DNA of 64,000 nucleotides from Podarcis tiliguerta (lineage: Eukaryota), in assembly GCA_965153285.1 (NCBI GenBank), contig OZ229110.1; one strand, 5' to 3'. Position 1 is the first letter of the stretch; every line of letters starts with the position of its first letter. The notes below the pieces were generated by a model. The model searched no databases and was not told the DNA's origin. It saw nothing but the letters and a program-made list of their open reading frames with translations. Below, in pieces: positions 14,694 through 25,208 of this stretch. Both the position numbers and the translations under genes were made by a program.

Positions 14694-17615
14694 TCAGAGC
14701 ACTCCTGACATATGGTTGTCAAGCCTCTGCTTAAAGACCTCCAAAGAAGGAGACTCCACCACACTCCTTGGCAGCAAATTCCACTGTCGAACAGCTCTTA
14801 CTGTCAGGAAGTTCTTCCTAATGTTTAGGTGGAATCTTCTTTCTTGTAGTTTGGATCCATTGCTCCGTGTCCGCTTCTCTGGAGCAGCAGAAAACAACCT
14901 TTCTCCCTCCTCTAGGTGACATCCTTTTATATATTTGAACATGGCTATCATATCACCCCTTAACCTCCTCTTCTCCAGGCTAAACATGCCCAGCTCCCTT
15001 AGCCGATCCTCATAAGGCATTGTTTCCAGGCCTTTGACCATTTTGGTTGCCCTCCTCTGTACACGTTCTAGTTTGTCAGTGTCCTTCTTGAACTGTGGTG
15101 CCCAGAACTGGACACAGTACTCCAGATGAGGTCTGACCAGAGCAGAATACAGTGGCACTATAACTTCCCTTGATCTAGATGCTATACTCCTATTGATGCA
15201 GCCCAGAATTGCATTGGCTTTTTTAGCTGCCGCGTCACACTGTTGGCTCATGTTAAGTTTGTGGTCAACCAAGACTCCTAGATCCTTTTCACATGTACTG
15301 CTCTCAAGCCAGGTGTCACCCATCTTGTATTTGTGCCTCTCATTTTTTTTGCCCAAGTGCAATACTTTACATTTCTCCCTGTTAAAATTCATCTTGTTTG
15401 TTTTGGCCCAGTTCTCTAATCTGTCAAGGTCGTTTTGAAGTGTGATCCTGTCTTCTGGGGTGTTAGCCACCCCTCCCAGTTTGGTGTCATCTGCAAATTT
15501 GATCAGGATGCCCTTGAGTCCATCATCCAAGTCGTTGATAAAGATGTTGAATAAGACCGGGTCCAAGACAGAACCCTGTGGCACATCACTAGTCACTCTT
15601 CTCCAGGATGAAGAGGAACCATTGATGAGCACCCTTTGGGTCCGGTCAGTCAGCCAGTTACAAATCCACTGAGTGGTAGCATAGTCAAGACCACATTTTA
15701 CCAGCTTCTTTACAAGAATATCATGGGGCACCTTGTCAAATGCCTTGCTGAAATCAAGGTAGACTACATCCACTGCGTTCCCTTCATCTACCAGGCTTGT
15801 AATTCTGTCAAAAAATGAGATCAGGTTAGTCTGACATGACTTATTTTTCAGAAATCCATGCTGACTATTGGTGATCACAGCATTCCTTTCTAGGTGCTCA
15901 CAGATTGTTTGCTTAATGATCTGCTCCAGAATCTTCCCTGGTATTGATGTTAGACTGACTGGGCGGTAATTATTTGGGTCCTCTCTTTTCCCCTTTTTGA
16001 AAATAGGGACAACATTTGCCCTCCTCCAGTCTGCCGGGACTTCGCCTGTTCTCCAGGAATTCTCAAAGATGACTGCCAGTGGTTCTGAGATCACATCTGC
16101 CAGTTCTTTTAATACTCTTGGATGCAGTTCATCTGGCCCTGGAGACTTGAATACATCTAAACTAGCCAAGTATTCTTGTACTATCTCCTTAGTTATTCTG
16201 GGCTGTGTTTCCTCTGCTGAATCATTTCCTCCAAATTCTTCAGGTCGGGCATTGTTTTCTTTATCGGAGAAGACTGAGGCAAAGAAGGCATTGAGGAGTT
16301 CAGCCCTTTCTGTGTCCCCTGTTTGCATTTCACCATCTTCTCCTCTGAGTGACCCCACTGTTTCTTTGTTCTTCCTTTTGCTACGAACATACCCATAGAA
16401 GCCTTTTTTGTTGCTTTTAACCTCTCTAGCAAGCCTGAGTTCATTCTGTGCTTTAGCTTTTCTGACTTTGTGTCTACACGTGCTGGCTATTTGTTTGAAT
16501 TCCTCTTTGGTGGTTTCCCCCCTTTTCCATTTTTTGTACACATCCTTTTTTAATCTTAACTCAGTTAAAAGTTCTTTAGATAGCCACCCTGGCTTCTTTA
16601 GGCACCTTCCATGTTTCCGTCTCATTGGTATTGCCTGAAGTTGTGCTTTTACTATCTCCCTCTTAACAAACTCCCAGCCATCATGAACTCCCTTTCCTTT
16701 TAGTATTACTGTCCATGGGATCTCACCCAGCACTTCCCTAAGTTTTATGAAGTCGGCTTTCTTAAAGTCAAGAAATTGAGTCCTAGTATGCTTGGCTGCT
16801 CCTTTCCGTTGTATAGTAAACTTCAGAAGAGCATGATCACTTGCGCCTAATGATCCTTCCACTTCTACCCCATTAACCAGGTCATCGACATTGGTTAGGA
16901 CCAGATCTAAAATGGCTGTTCCTCTTGTTGCTTCTCCCACTTTCTGGACAATGAAGTTGTCTGCAAGGCCAGTGAGGAATCTGTTTGACCTTATGCTCTT
17001 GGCTGAGTTTGACATCCAACAAATATCTGGGTAATTGAAGTCCCCCATTACTACTATCTCCCTTCCTTTTGCATGCTTGGCCATCTGTTCCAGGAAGGCA
17101 TCATCTATGTCCTCCGTTTGGCTTGGGGATCTATAGTAAACTCCCACAATGAGGTCTCTGTTATTCTTCTCTCCCTTAATTTTGACCCAAATGCTCTCAC
17201 TTTGGCTTTGAGGTTCTAAATCCTGGATCTCTTCACAAGTATACACATCCCTGACATATAACGCCACTCCTCCTCCTTTCTTGTCTGGTCTGTTTCTCTG
17301 AAATAGATTGTATCCCTCCATTTTTACATTCCAATCGTGGGACTTATCCCACCATGTTTCAGTGATGCCTATTATGTCATATTTAGTTTGCTGTACCAAG
17401 AGCTCAAGCTCATCTTGTTTATTTCCCATGCTTTGTGCATTAGTGTACAGACATTGAAGTCCATTAGTCATTCCCCCGTGTCTCTTATTTAAGGATTTTT
17501 TCCTCCCACCACTAGGTCTGCTTGCTGTTTGCTCCATTTGGTCTATGACATTTGGATGATCATCTTCATCAATTAATAGACTCCTACCTTCAGGAGCACT
17601 GTCTCCCTCCCCCAC
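14694..17615 (-). CDS. CR1 ORF2: apurinic-like endonuclease plus reverse transcriptase (973 codons; track start is GTG, first in-frame ATG at 17537)
   Basis: APE motifs [47 protein letters not shown] motifs [63 protein letters not shown]1-type C-terminus with no RNase H. Confidence 0.96.
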   Translation of the reverse strand: MGEGDSAPEGRSLLIDEDDHPNVIDQMEQTASRPSGGRKKSLNKRHGGMTNGLQCLYTNAQSMGNKQDELELLVQQTKYDIIGITETWWDKSHDWNVKMEGYNLFQRNRPDKKGGGVALYVRDVYTCEEIQDLEPQSQSESIWVKIKGEKNNRDLIVGVYYRSPSQTEDIDDAFLEQMAKHAKGREIVVMGDFNYPDICWMSNSAKSIRSNRFLTGLADNFIVQKVGEATRGTAILDLVLTNVDDLVNGVEVEGSLGASDHALLKFTIQRKGAAKHTRTQFLDFKKADFIKLREVLGEIPWTVILKGKGVHDGWEFVKREIVKAQLQAIPMRRKHGRCLKKPGWLSKELLTELRLKKDVYKKWKRGETTKEEFKQIASTCRHKVRKAKAQNELRLAREVKSNKKGFYGYVRSKRKNKETVGSLRGEDGEMQTGDTERAELLNAFFASVFSDKENNARPEEFGGNDSAEETQPRITKEIVQEYLASLDVFKSPGPDELHPRVLKELADVISEPLAVIFENSWRTGEVPADWRRANVVPIFKKGKREDPNNYRPVSLTSIPGKILEQIIKQTICEHLERNAVITNSQHGFLKNKSCQTNLISFFDRITSLVDEGNAVDVVYLDFSKAFDKVPHDILVKKLVKCGLDYATTQWICNWLTDRTQRVLINGSSSSWRRVTSDVPQGSVLDPVLFNIFINDLDDGLKGILIKFADDTKLGGVANTPEDRITLQNDLDRLENWAKTNKMNFNREKCKVLHLGKKNERHKYKMGDTWLESSTCEKDLGVLVDHKLNMSQQCDAAAKKANAILGCINRSIASRSREVIVPLYSALVRPHLEYCVQFWAPQFKKDTDKLERVQRRATKMVKGLETMPYEDRLRELGMFSLEKRRLRGDMIAMFKYIKGCHLEEGERLFSAAPEKRTRSNGSKLQERRFHLNIRKNFLTVRAVRQWNLLPRSVVESPSLEVFKQRLDNHMSGVL

Positions 17616-17620
17616 ATTAG

Positions 17621-18649
17621 TCAGTTTAAAGCCCTCCTGATGAGGTTTCTTAGTTTTTTGGCAAAAACATTCCTCCCAACCGTTGTGAGGTGCAGCCCAT
17701 CGCTTGCCAGAAGTCCATCCTCAAGAAACTGCAGTCCGTGATCTAAGAATCCAAACCGTTCCTGTTTACACCATTTGCGAAGCCAGCTGTTTACTTCCAC
17801 TATTTTCCTCTCTCTCCCTGGGCCACGTCGTTCAACTGGGAGGACAGATGAGATGACGATTTGTGCATTTAATTGCTTCAATTTCCTGCCCAGAGCCTCG
17901 TAGTCTCTTTTGATCTTCTGGAGGCTATTGCTTGCAGTGTCATTGGTTCCCACATGAACCAAGAGGAAGGGGTATTTGTCAGTGGGTTTTATGATTCCTT
18001 GCAGTCGTTCAGTTACATCTTGGATCTTAGCCCTGGGGAGACAGCACACTTCCCGAGACATCTTGTCAGGCCCACAGATCACTGCTTCTGTTCCCCTCAG
18101 TAGGGAATCCCCTATCACCACTACACGCCTTCTCTTAGGTTTGGTCAGGGTTCTTCCGTGAGCGGGCCGTTCCAAGGTCGCCTGCACATTCCCTGAGGAC
18201 TGACTTTGCTGCTCATCTTCATATACGTGATCGACTGTAATGAGGGAGAGATCCTCAAATGGAGTCTGCTCTTCGTCTTCCATGCTAGGGGAGAGGACCT
18301 CAAAGCGATTGTGTATTTCTAGACAATCAGAGCGAACCCTGGGCCTCCTACTTCTTTGAGTCACGTTTCTCCACATATCGGGCTCCTGTGTTGGTGAACT
18401 AGCCTCCTTCTCAGGGGAGTCCCCTGTCTCCTCCTTGGTGGAGACGGTGTGCTCTGTTGCTTCCAAGAAGAGCTCCAGCTCTCTAATTCTTTGGAGCGTA
18501 GCTACACGTTCCTCCAGTTGCTGGACTTTGTCTTTTAGGAGGGCAATCAACATGCAATTGCTGCACGTAAAGCTGCCTGCAACCTTTGGCAAGATGGCAA
18601 ACATTGCGCAGGAACCACAGGCGACTGCAGCTGTTCCCTCCCCCTCCAT
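17621..18649 (-). CDS. CR1 ORF1 protein (342 aa): CxxC-CxxC zinc finger, coiled coil, SGNH/GDSL esterase-like domain
   Basis: CGSC...CSNC; heptad region [16 protein letters not shown]; esterase blocks VIGDSLL, HVGTND, SDGLHL; ends RRALN*. Confidence 0.94.
   Translation of the reverse strand: MEGEGTAAVACGSCAMFAILPKVAGSFTCSNCMLIALLKDKVQQLEERVATLQRIRELELFLEATEHTVSTKEETGDSPEKEASSPTQEPDMWRNVTQRSRRPRVRSDCLEIHNRFEVLSPSMEDEEQTPFEDLSLITVDHVYEDEQQSQSSGNVQATLERPAHGRTLTKPKRRRVVVIGDSLLRGTEAVICGPDKMSREVCCLPRAKIQDVTERLQGIIKPTDKYPFLLVHVGTNDTASNSLQKIKRDYEALGRKLKQLNAQIVISSVLPVERRGPGRERKIVEVNSWLRKWCKQERFGFLDHGLQFLEDGLLASDGLHLTTVGRNVFAKKLRNLIRRALN
17624..17630 (-). promoter_or_regulatory. Candidate -1 ribosomal frameshift slippery site U_UUA_AAC
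   Basis: Minus strand reads GCT TTA AAC TGA in the ORF1 frame; the -1 frame reads TTT AAA CTG ACT AAT GTG and continues into ORF2. Confidence 0.6.
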
Positions 18650-18711
18650 CTTGAGAATGTGTCGTTGGGCTTGAGACTAGCTCCCCTAAATCTAAAAGAT
18701 TGTTCAAACTT

Positions 18712-18966
18712 CCCCTTTTGGCTCCTTCTTCAGCCGCTGCCCTGCAAACACTGATAAGCTCCTCCCACAGCTAATCACCTGCCTCAACAGAAACCCTGCC
18801 CCCTCTGACCTTTGACCAGGGAAAGCAGCTAATCAGCCACAAGAATCACACACACAAGAAACCCCTTTTGGCTCCTTCTTCAGCCGCTGCCCTGCAAACA
18901 CTGATAAGCTCCTCCCACAGCTAATCACCTGCCTCAACAGAAACCCTGCCCCCTCTGACCTTTGAC
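18712..18966 (-). repeat. CR1 5' UTR tandem array, 150-bp period (about 1.7 monomers)
   Basis: 18712-18816 and 18862-18966 are identical 105-bp copies separated by a 45-bp spacer. Confidence 0.95.
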
Positions 18967-21564
18967 ATTTGATAATCCTTGAATAGAGAGGGGTAGATAC
19001 TACTTTACCATACAAAGCTAAATTTTACATGCCCACTTTTACCTCTGTCTCTCCTCACCAACTGCATGTAACCCTCAGAAGGTTTCCCAGAGTAGTGCCC
19101 AGTGCGCAAAATTCATCTGTGGAACAAAGCTGATGGCACACAAATGTGGGGGTCACGTTTTATGCATCAGATTTTGTGCTTCTTGTTTAAATAGGAGCAG
19201 GTGGCCCAATTAGGGAAAGGAGGAGGCTATGCCTACCAGGATCCTGATAACCATCAGCCCCAAAAGCTGCTATTTGCCCAGAAGGGAAACTGCCCTCAAC
19301 ACCAATAGCAGTTTCCCTTTTGATGGAACAATAGCTGTGAAGGAACAAATTACTAATACAAGGGAGGGAGGGGAAAGAATAATCCTAATCACTCCACTCC
19401 CATTCTAGCTACATTGAAGAAAAAGCACCATCAATATAAGAAGGTAGATATTCCACCCCCCAAAAAATTCTTCTAGTTAGGTGCCTCAGCAAGGAGGCCC
19501 AGCAGTCCAGGTTTGTTTCTTGCCCAAGCATGCACCACACTGTAGGAACCTGAGCAGCATACAGAGATACCATGGGAGACGCGCAGGAGTTCCAAACAGA
19601 TATGAAATGGTTTCCGTGATGGCAGAAATTCTGAGATGCTTTACAGAAAAAAAAAACCTGTTTGCGGGTGGTCATCTGTGACCCCACCTAAAATGTACTT
19701 TAAAATACCCAAGCATAATCTTACTCCTCTGAGCGTATCAGGATCCTGCTGAAGTTGCCATGACAACTCATGTGCTAAGAATTAAAGAAACACTTAAGGG
19801 ATTTGCTGCCAGAATGCCCCAGCTGATCAATGTATTACTTTATTTTATTTTATTTCACTCAGCCACATGAATTATATTCAACAAAAGCAACAAAGGTCAC
19901 CCTACTTCAGATCTGGAAAACAACCAAGATTGGGGCTTTACTCACTGATAAAGGAATGGTGACAAATTTGTGTTGTGCTACAGGGAGGCATCTGCCCATA
20001 AAATGTGGGATTTCTCCACTTTTTGTTTTATTAATTATTATCTTCATTATCCTTATTGTTTACTGTTAATTATTAATTTAATCCAAGACCTGAGATATCA
20101 TGTCATGATAATGCCAGCTTTTGTAGTAAACAAAGAAAGCTTTGGAAAGCTGGTCTCTGTTGTTCTGAAGCTCACAAAACCTTTGAGATGGAAGAGAGCA
20201 TTGTCTCTGTTTACCCGTGATTAAAAATGCACAGTACTTGGGGAAGAGAGAATACTCTGCAAATGTCATACTGTAACATCTCTAACTTCAAAAGCTGGCA
20301 TGGCAGTCTGTCACCCTCTGAATTAAACATGCACTGCATAGAGCTTTTCCCTTTACCTCACACGGAAAGAACGTTCACAATTATTAAACAGGTGCCTAAG
20401 GCAAATTAAATGGTTTCACCAGCCATTTCCTGAAGACAACACAAGCCTTCCCCCAATCACACAGGTTCCTAATTTAGCTGCCTTGCTAGTGCCTGTCAGG
20501 TTTAATCTATATTTAATATGAAATATATACAAGCACAGTAGGCACCCTAATTTCCCCCATTTTTTTAAAGCTACATGAGATAGCCTCATTTTCTGAAGTG
20601 AAATCATATTACAGGGAATTATAGGGGCAAATTAAGCTCCCAAAAAGGCAGGATTTCTATGTGCATACATTTCCAAACACCCTCACAACAAATGCATGCT
20701 CACAGTTTCAATAAGGAACGTATAACCCCATTTGCCTCACATCAGCCGACTACACCAGGCTCAGGCCTGGAAACAGACCTTGGGGGCTGACTCAAAGAAG
20801 AAGCAAACTTAGCTAGCCCCAAAACTCTCATAGGGCTTGGGTAAAATTTGAGGCAGAAAAGAGTTCCTGATGCCTGTCTGCCTACTGCTGGCAGCCCCTG
20901 CCCATTGCTCCCTTCAGGTCTACAACTCTCCAAAACACACTCCCTGGTCTTTGGTCCAAGAGCCATTGGGACCAACACCAGTAGAACAAGCAAAGTTTCA
21001 AAGGGAGGGTTTCTACCCTTCCCCTGTCCCCCCCCCCCACACCCTGATGAGTAACATACTGGAAAGCAAATTTGGAAGGACCAGAACAGAGTTAAAATGG
21101 GGATATCTTTGGGAAACCTGCCTGTGACTTGGTCTACATGTTTGCTGAACACAATAACTTACTTACAGGACTATTTAGCATAGAAACCCACTGCTTATAT
21201 ATAATGTGTGTCCAGACAATATCGGCCCCTTGCCTCTGACATAAGGAGGACATTCACATTCCCCACTTCTTCTAGGGACAGGCAGTTCCAGGGCAACTGT
21301 ACAGCACCACATTTCTGGTGAGACAAGAGCTCTGGAGACCTGTGGCAGTTCTGTAATTTCTGTTTAATGAAGAAAAAAAAATCAAGTTGAGCAGATGACA
21401 AGCAAGCAGGCACACAGCCAATCTGGAGCCAAATCAGCCACCAAGAGAACCTAAAAAGCCAAGCAAAACTTTTCAGCAACCTTTCCCAGCCAAAACCAAC
21501 CTTATTTTAATTCTCTGGCCAATGGTTTTTAAACTGCACAGGTTGTTCCTTTAAGCCCCTATAT

Positions 21565-21700
21565 CAGGCATCCCCAACTTTTGGCCCTCCAGATGTTTTG
21601 GACTACAATTCCCATCATCCCTGACCACTGGTCCTGTTAGCTAGGGATCATGGGAGTTGTAGGCCAAAACATCTGGAGGGCCTCAGGTTGGGGATGCCTG
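21565..21700. mobile_element. hAT MITE, 136 bp, nearly fully palindromic
   Basis: TIRs caggcatcccca / tggggatgcctg; 8-bp TSD ccctatat / ctctatat. Confidence 0.9.
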
Positions 21701-22814
21701 CTCTATATAAAGTTAAGTCATAGTGTAGCTCTAGATACCTATAACAATGTTTTCCCTTACATGTCTTATATGTCTTGTCTTATATTTATAAAAAAACTGT
21801 AAATACAGTGTCATGTGTGTATTTAGGTATACCCACCACCAAGGACATGCATCAATCACAGAAATAGAATATGAATAGTTGATAAGCACAATACAGAGAT
21901 GATAGTGTATCAAAGGTACTAATAAGCATGTGATAATACTTAATACGGACATTACACTGTACATGCACAGATAGCAATATACACAGCGAAACATACCACT
22001 ACTACATTATCTCTAGTTCTATTTTTGTGATCCAGTACCAGAGCAGGGAGGTTAAGCGCTTCTTTGTAGCCTTTAACACCCAAGGGTGCTTGTTTTGTTG
22101 CTCTAGAGCTGCTCTTCTTGTCAGAAAGACAGTGAAAGCAGAATAAAGCAAACTCAATGGGAATTATTGAAACTCTAGATATTTCCATAATTAGAGAGAA
22201 ACTCCTCTTTTAAAATGTTACCTGTGATCTCTGAAAGGAACTGGAGAACAAAACAATTATTGTGTGTGTGTATCTTCCTGTTTTGTTTTCTTCGTTTTCT
22301 TTTTCAGAGTAACGTTCCCCCTTCTGAAAAAACAGGAGCTCAGTGCTGTGTTTCAAGGTTGCAGTGTGACGATGACTGAAATTTATATTCAGAGGCCTTA
22401 GGCGAGGTATTCTCAAGGGTATATTCATGCTTGTACAGAAAGTCTGGGATGCATGCCCTGCGTGACTACTGCCTGCCAGGACCGGTGAGCAGCTAAGAAA
22501 TTTGCACCTTCGTGTTCACTGAGCAGAAACTTGCCTAAAACATCTGGGAAAGTTTAGCTGGCGTACAGCTTGTCTGCCTAGGGGGAAACAGAATAGGCAC
22601 CATCTGTCCACTGTCTAATTCAGTCACACAGACATCCTAGGGACAAGCAATCCAGTTAGCATACCAGAAAACCATTGCAGCAGGAGGCAAAATGCAAGGC
22701 TGGTTTTGCAGAGCATTGTAGTTCAGAATGTTCAGGCCTGGAATAAATAAAAACCAGGTAGGAAGCTTCTAGTTCAGGTTCTCGGTTCTCGTGTTGTTGG
22801 CATTCGTCGAGACA

Positions 22815-23430
22815 ATGGAGTGAGCCTCTGGGGGTAAAGTCAAACCTCTGGAGAATCAAATTGACTGTTGGTGACTCATAACTGCTGCCTCCTGCATTGT
22901 TTTTGCTGCTTTTGCAGCACCAAAGCCTGGAGCACAAGCCTAGGCAGTGTGTATGGAGTGTCTATGGAAGTTCTGGGCTGCCTAGATGACAACACCCCGC
23001 TCTCAGCCTCACTGAGGGAAGCAAAGCAATTCATTTGACACCAGGAGTTGGCTGCAGGAGTTGCCAGAAGACACCATCCAACTGTCTTAAGGACTCTACT
23101 CCAGATTTGCGTAGGGTTTTCTCCTTAGCAGCTTTTCTTCTCCTGAAGATATCTCACAAGGCAGCAGAGGTTTAGAATCAGAGTTCTCCTTCTCCTAGAT
23201 GGACTAACTTCCCAGGCTGACTCTCCTCTACAGTACATGAAGAAACCACCTTCTTGAGTATTGGACCCACTATTGGTCTCATTCACTCAATCTGTCAGAG
23301 CCTGATTCCACATGCAGGGGAAGTCCCTGACTCTCTGAAGGTTTGAAACCCATTGGCTATGCTCTCCTGGTTTAGCCAGCCAGTTGAAGGCATTTCCTGG
23401 GGTATGACTGCTGACAGCTTCTAGTAGGCA
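22815..23430 (-). mobile_element. RTE-related non-autonomous retroelement remnant
   Basis: ccttctcctagatggactaacttcccaggctga and surrounding sequence resemble RTE-family 5' region repeats in squamates. From recognition; boundaries approximate. Confidence 0.4.
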
Positions 23431-23983
23431 CAGGTGAGAGCTGCTCTCTCGTGTACTTATGTAAATAAGAACAAACGTTAGCCTACAGCTACTTTGACAT
23501 GAGCTAATTCTAATATAATAAGGACTAGATTTGTGGCACAACGACTGCACGCAGCCCCTAGTCAAATTTAATGTGGCCCTCCAGGTGCCACAGGCCTACT
23601 CTGGGTCCCTGGACCACTCCACTAGTCTGCTTCCTCTTCTGCTGTGGAGTGGGCAAGACTGGGGATGATAGAAGGAAAAAATAAAATTGACAGAGGGAAT
23701 GAAATTGGAGAGGGAAAGGAGAGAGGGAGAGATGGGGTGGCACAGAAAGAAGGGGGGAAACAAGGCAATGTTGCTAATTCCACCCACTTTTCTGCCCTCC
23801 ACTGGCATGCAGCTCCCAAGAGAAAACTCCCAAAGGGGGGGGGGGGAGTTCCACCACTGCTCTAGTCTAGACAAAGAAATGAGCAGTATAATTAGTCTGA
23901 TTTTTAAAAAACAATAATGGGCTACCTGCTGAAATATGTTTTGAAATCTGGCTTTTAAGGGCCAGACAATACATCAAATAAAA

Positions 23984-23984
<1 letters not shown>

Positions 23985-24016
<32 letters not shown>
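23985..24016. repeat. (TG)16 microsatellite
   Basis: Read directly from the sequence. Confidence 0.97.
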
Positions 24017-24017
<1 letters not shown>

Positions 24018-25208
24018 TCACCTTACCCCATTTATGCCCGTTTTAAGCTGGCACTTAAATATTCTGCATTTGTAAGGAATTGACCTATTGTTGAAGCTTG
24101 AGCAGGTCTGTTGATGTAAACTGAATAAATAAATGATTACATGAGGGTTTGAGTCAAGCGTCTTCATTTGGAGGAATAACACATAAATAGGAAAAGTCTG
24201 TTTAATAACTCTAACAACCCAAAACTTAAACAGCACATTGTACTTTAAGCATTTTAAAGTATTAACCCAAGCAACTGTGCCACCCAAGTGTCACAGGACC
24301 TAAATAATTATTTCAGGCCCTACATAGCAACCTTGGGCTTGGAGAAATTGTAAATCTGCTTTTTTATGACAGGAAACTCTAAAGCTTAGTTCCAGTCATA
24401 AGGTACGTGTCTGGCCTGTTTCCTCCAACACTTTAAGTGCAAATCATGCATTTCAGTGTAAATCTGCAATCGGGCTTGCATGGAGGCAGAGCGGTATACT
24501 TTTTGCCCTCTTTTTTAAACTCTCAGAAGCACAGATTTTTCTGTTCCGCCTCTCCTGAGGCATTAAAGCTTAAAATGTTGCCATTTCCCTCTCATTGTCA
24601 GTAGTTTCACAATCTGTCAATTTGCCTGGCTTTAAAAAAGAAAGAAAGAAAAAGAAAAGGCCTTTTACTTTATTGTGAGGTAAATGGGCAATTACTTAGG
24701 CTTGGATAGCAACTGTAACTAAAAACTCTTGAATTCCATGTTTCATAACCAGCCTGGGCTGCACAGTGAAGAGAAAGTGCCACAAGGCAACTCCAACAAC
24801 TAAGTAGGAGTTTTCACTGTGTAGTTAACAGAAATTAAGCTTATTCTGTTCAGCCTTGGCATGCTATGGTGAATTCCAAATTTAATGTTGAAAATCTGGA
24901 CCTACATTTCAACTTGCACCTATCTCTCCTGTGCTGGTTTTCTCAGCTTATGTAAGTTTTCTAGACGGACTGAAGTTTGAGCAAAAATGCATCAAGCAAG
25001 AGTATTTCTCCAGACACCACAGGATCAATATGGATTGTGTCTAACTTCACTTACATGCGGCCTCAAAAATTAACAAGCGTTAATGTGAACATACCCTAAG
25101 TTGCTGTTCAGTTAAAGAAGAGCCTGTGAGTGCCACCACTGAAGCCCCACTCAAAAGGTATCAGATAAAAGAGTAGCAGGTATAATTGTATATTAGTAAT
25201 GTAATACT

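Larger units (their letters stand above)
14609..18966 (-). mobile_element. Near full-length CR1 non-LTR retrotransposon (LINE) with both ORFs open
   Basis: 3' tail of (ATTCTATG)-type octamers at 14609-14636; short 3' UTR with GTTGGA...TCCAAC hairpin; ORF2 with APE and RT; ORF1 with zinc finger and esterase; 5' UTR tandem repeat ending at 18966. No convincing TSD. Confidence 0.97.
14478..19095. mobile_element. Old hAT-like non-autonomous element split by the CR1 (halves about 14478-14608 and 18967-19095)
   Basis: Left flank (ctctccagaccctctatctg...ccccaggccac...cctgggctgg) and right flank (tgataat...cacttttacctctg...accaactgcatgtaaccctcagaagg) resemble consecutive parts of a common lizard repeat. 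Recognised from memory only. Confidence 0.4.

Noticed and set aside
17573-17617. ATG three bases after the ORF1 stop (TGA CTA ATG) as a reinitiation start for ORF2
   Set aside because: It is in the ORF1 frame, not the ORF2 frame, and closes after 14 codons at TAA.
14638-18707. Many plus-strand and alternative-frame ORFs of 60-133 aa overlapping the CR1
   Set aside because: Shadow ORFs of a long coding region, many starting at non-ATG codons, with no recognisable domains.
18712-18966. Repeat-spacer-repeat pattern, or LTR-like direct repeats
   Set aside because: Eukaryotic context, 105-bp units, only two copies and no cas genes, so not CRISPR; both copies lie at one end of a LINE, so not LTRs.
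24482-24556. Possible hairpin gaggcagagcgg ... ctgttccgcctc
   Set aside because: Only a 12-bp stem with a mismatch, two G-U pairs and a long loop; expected by chance.
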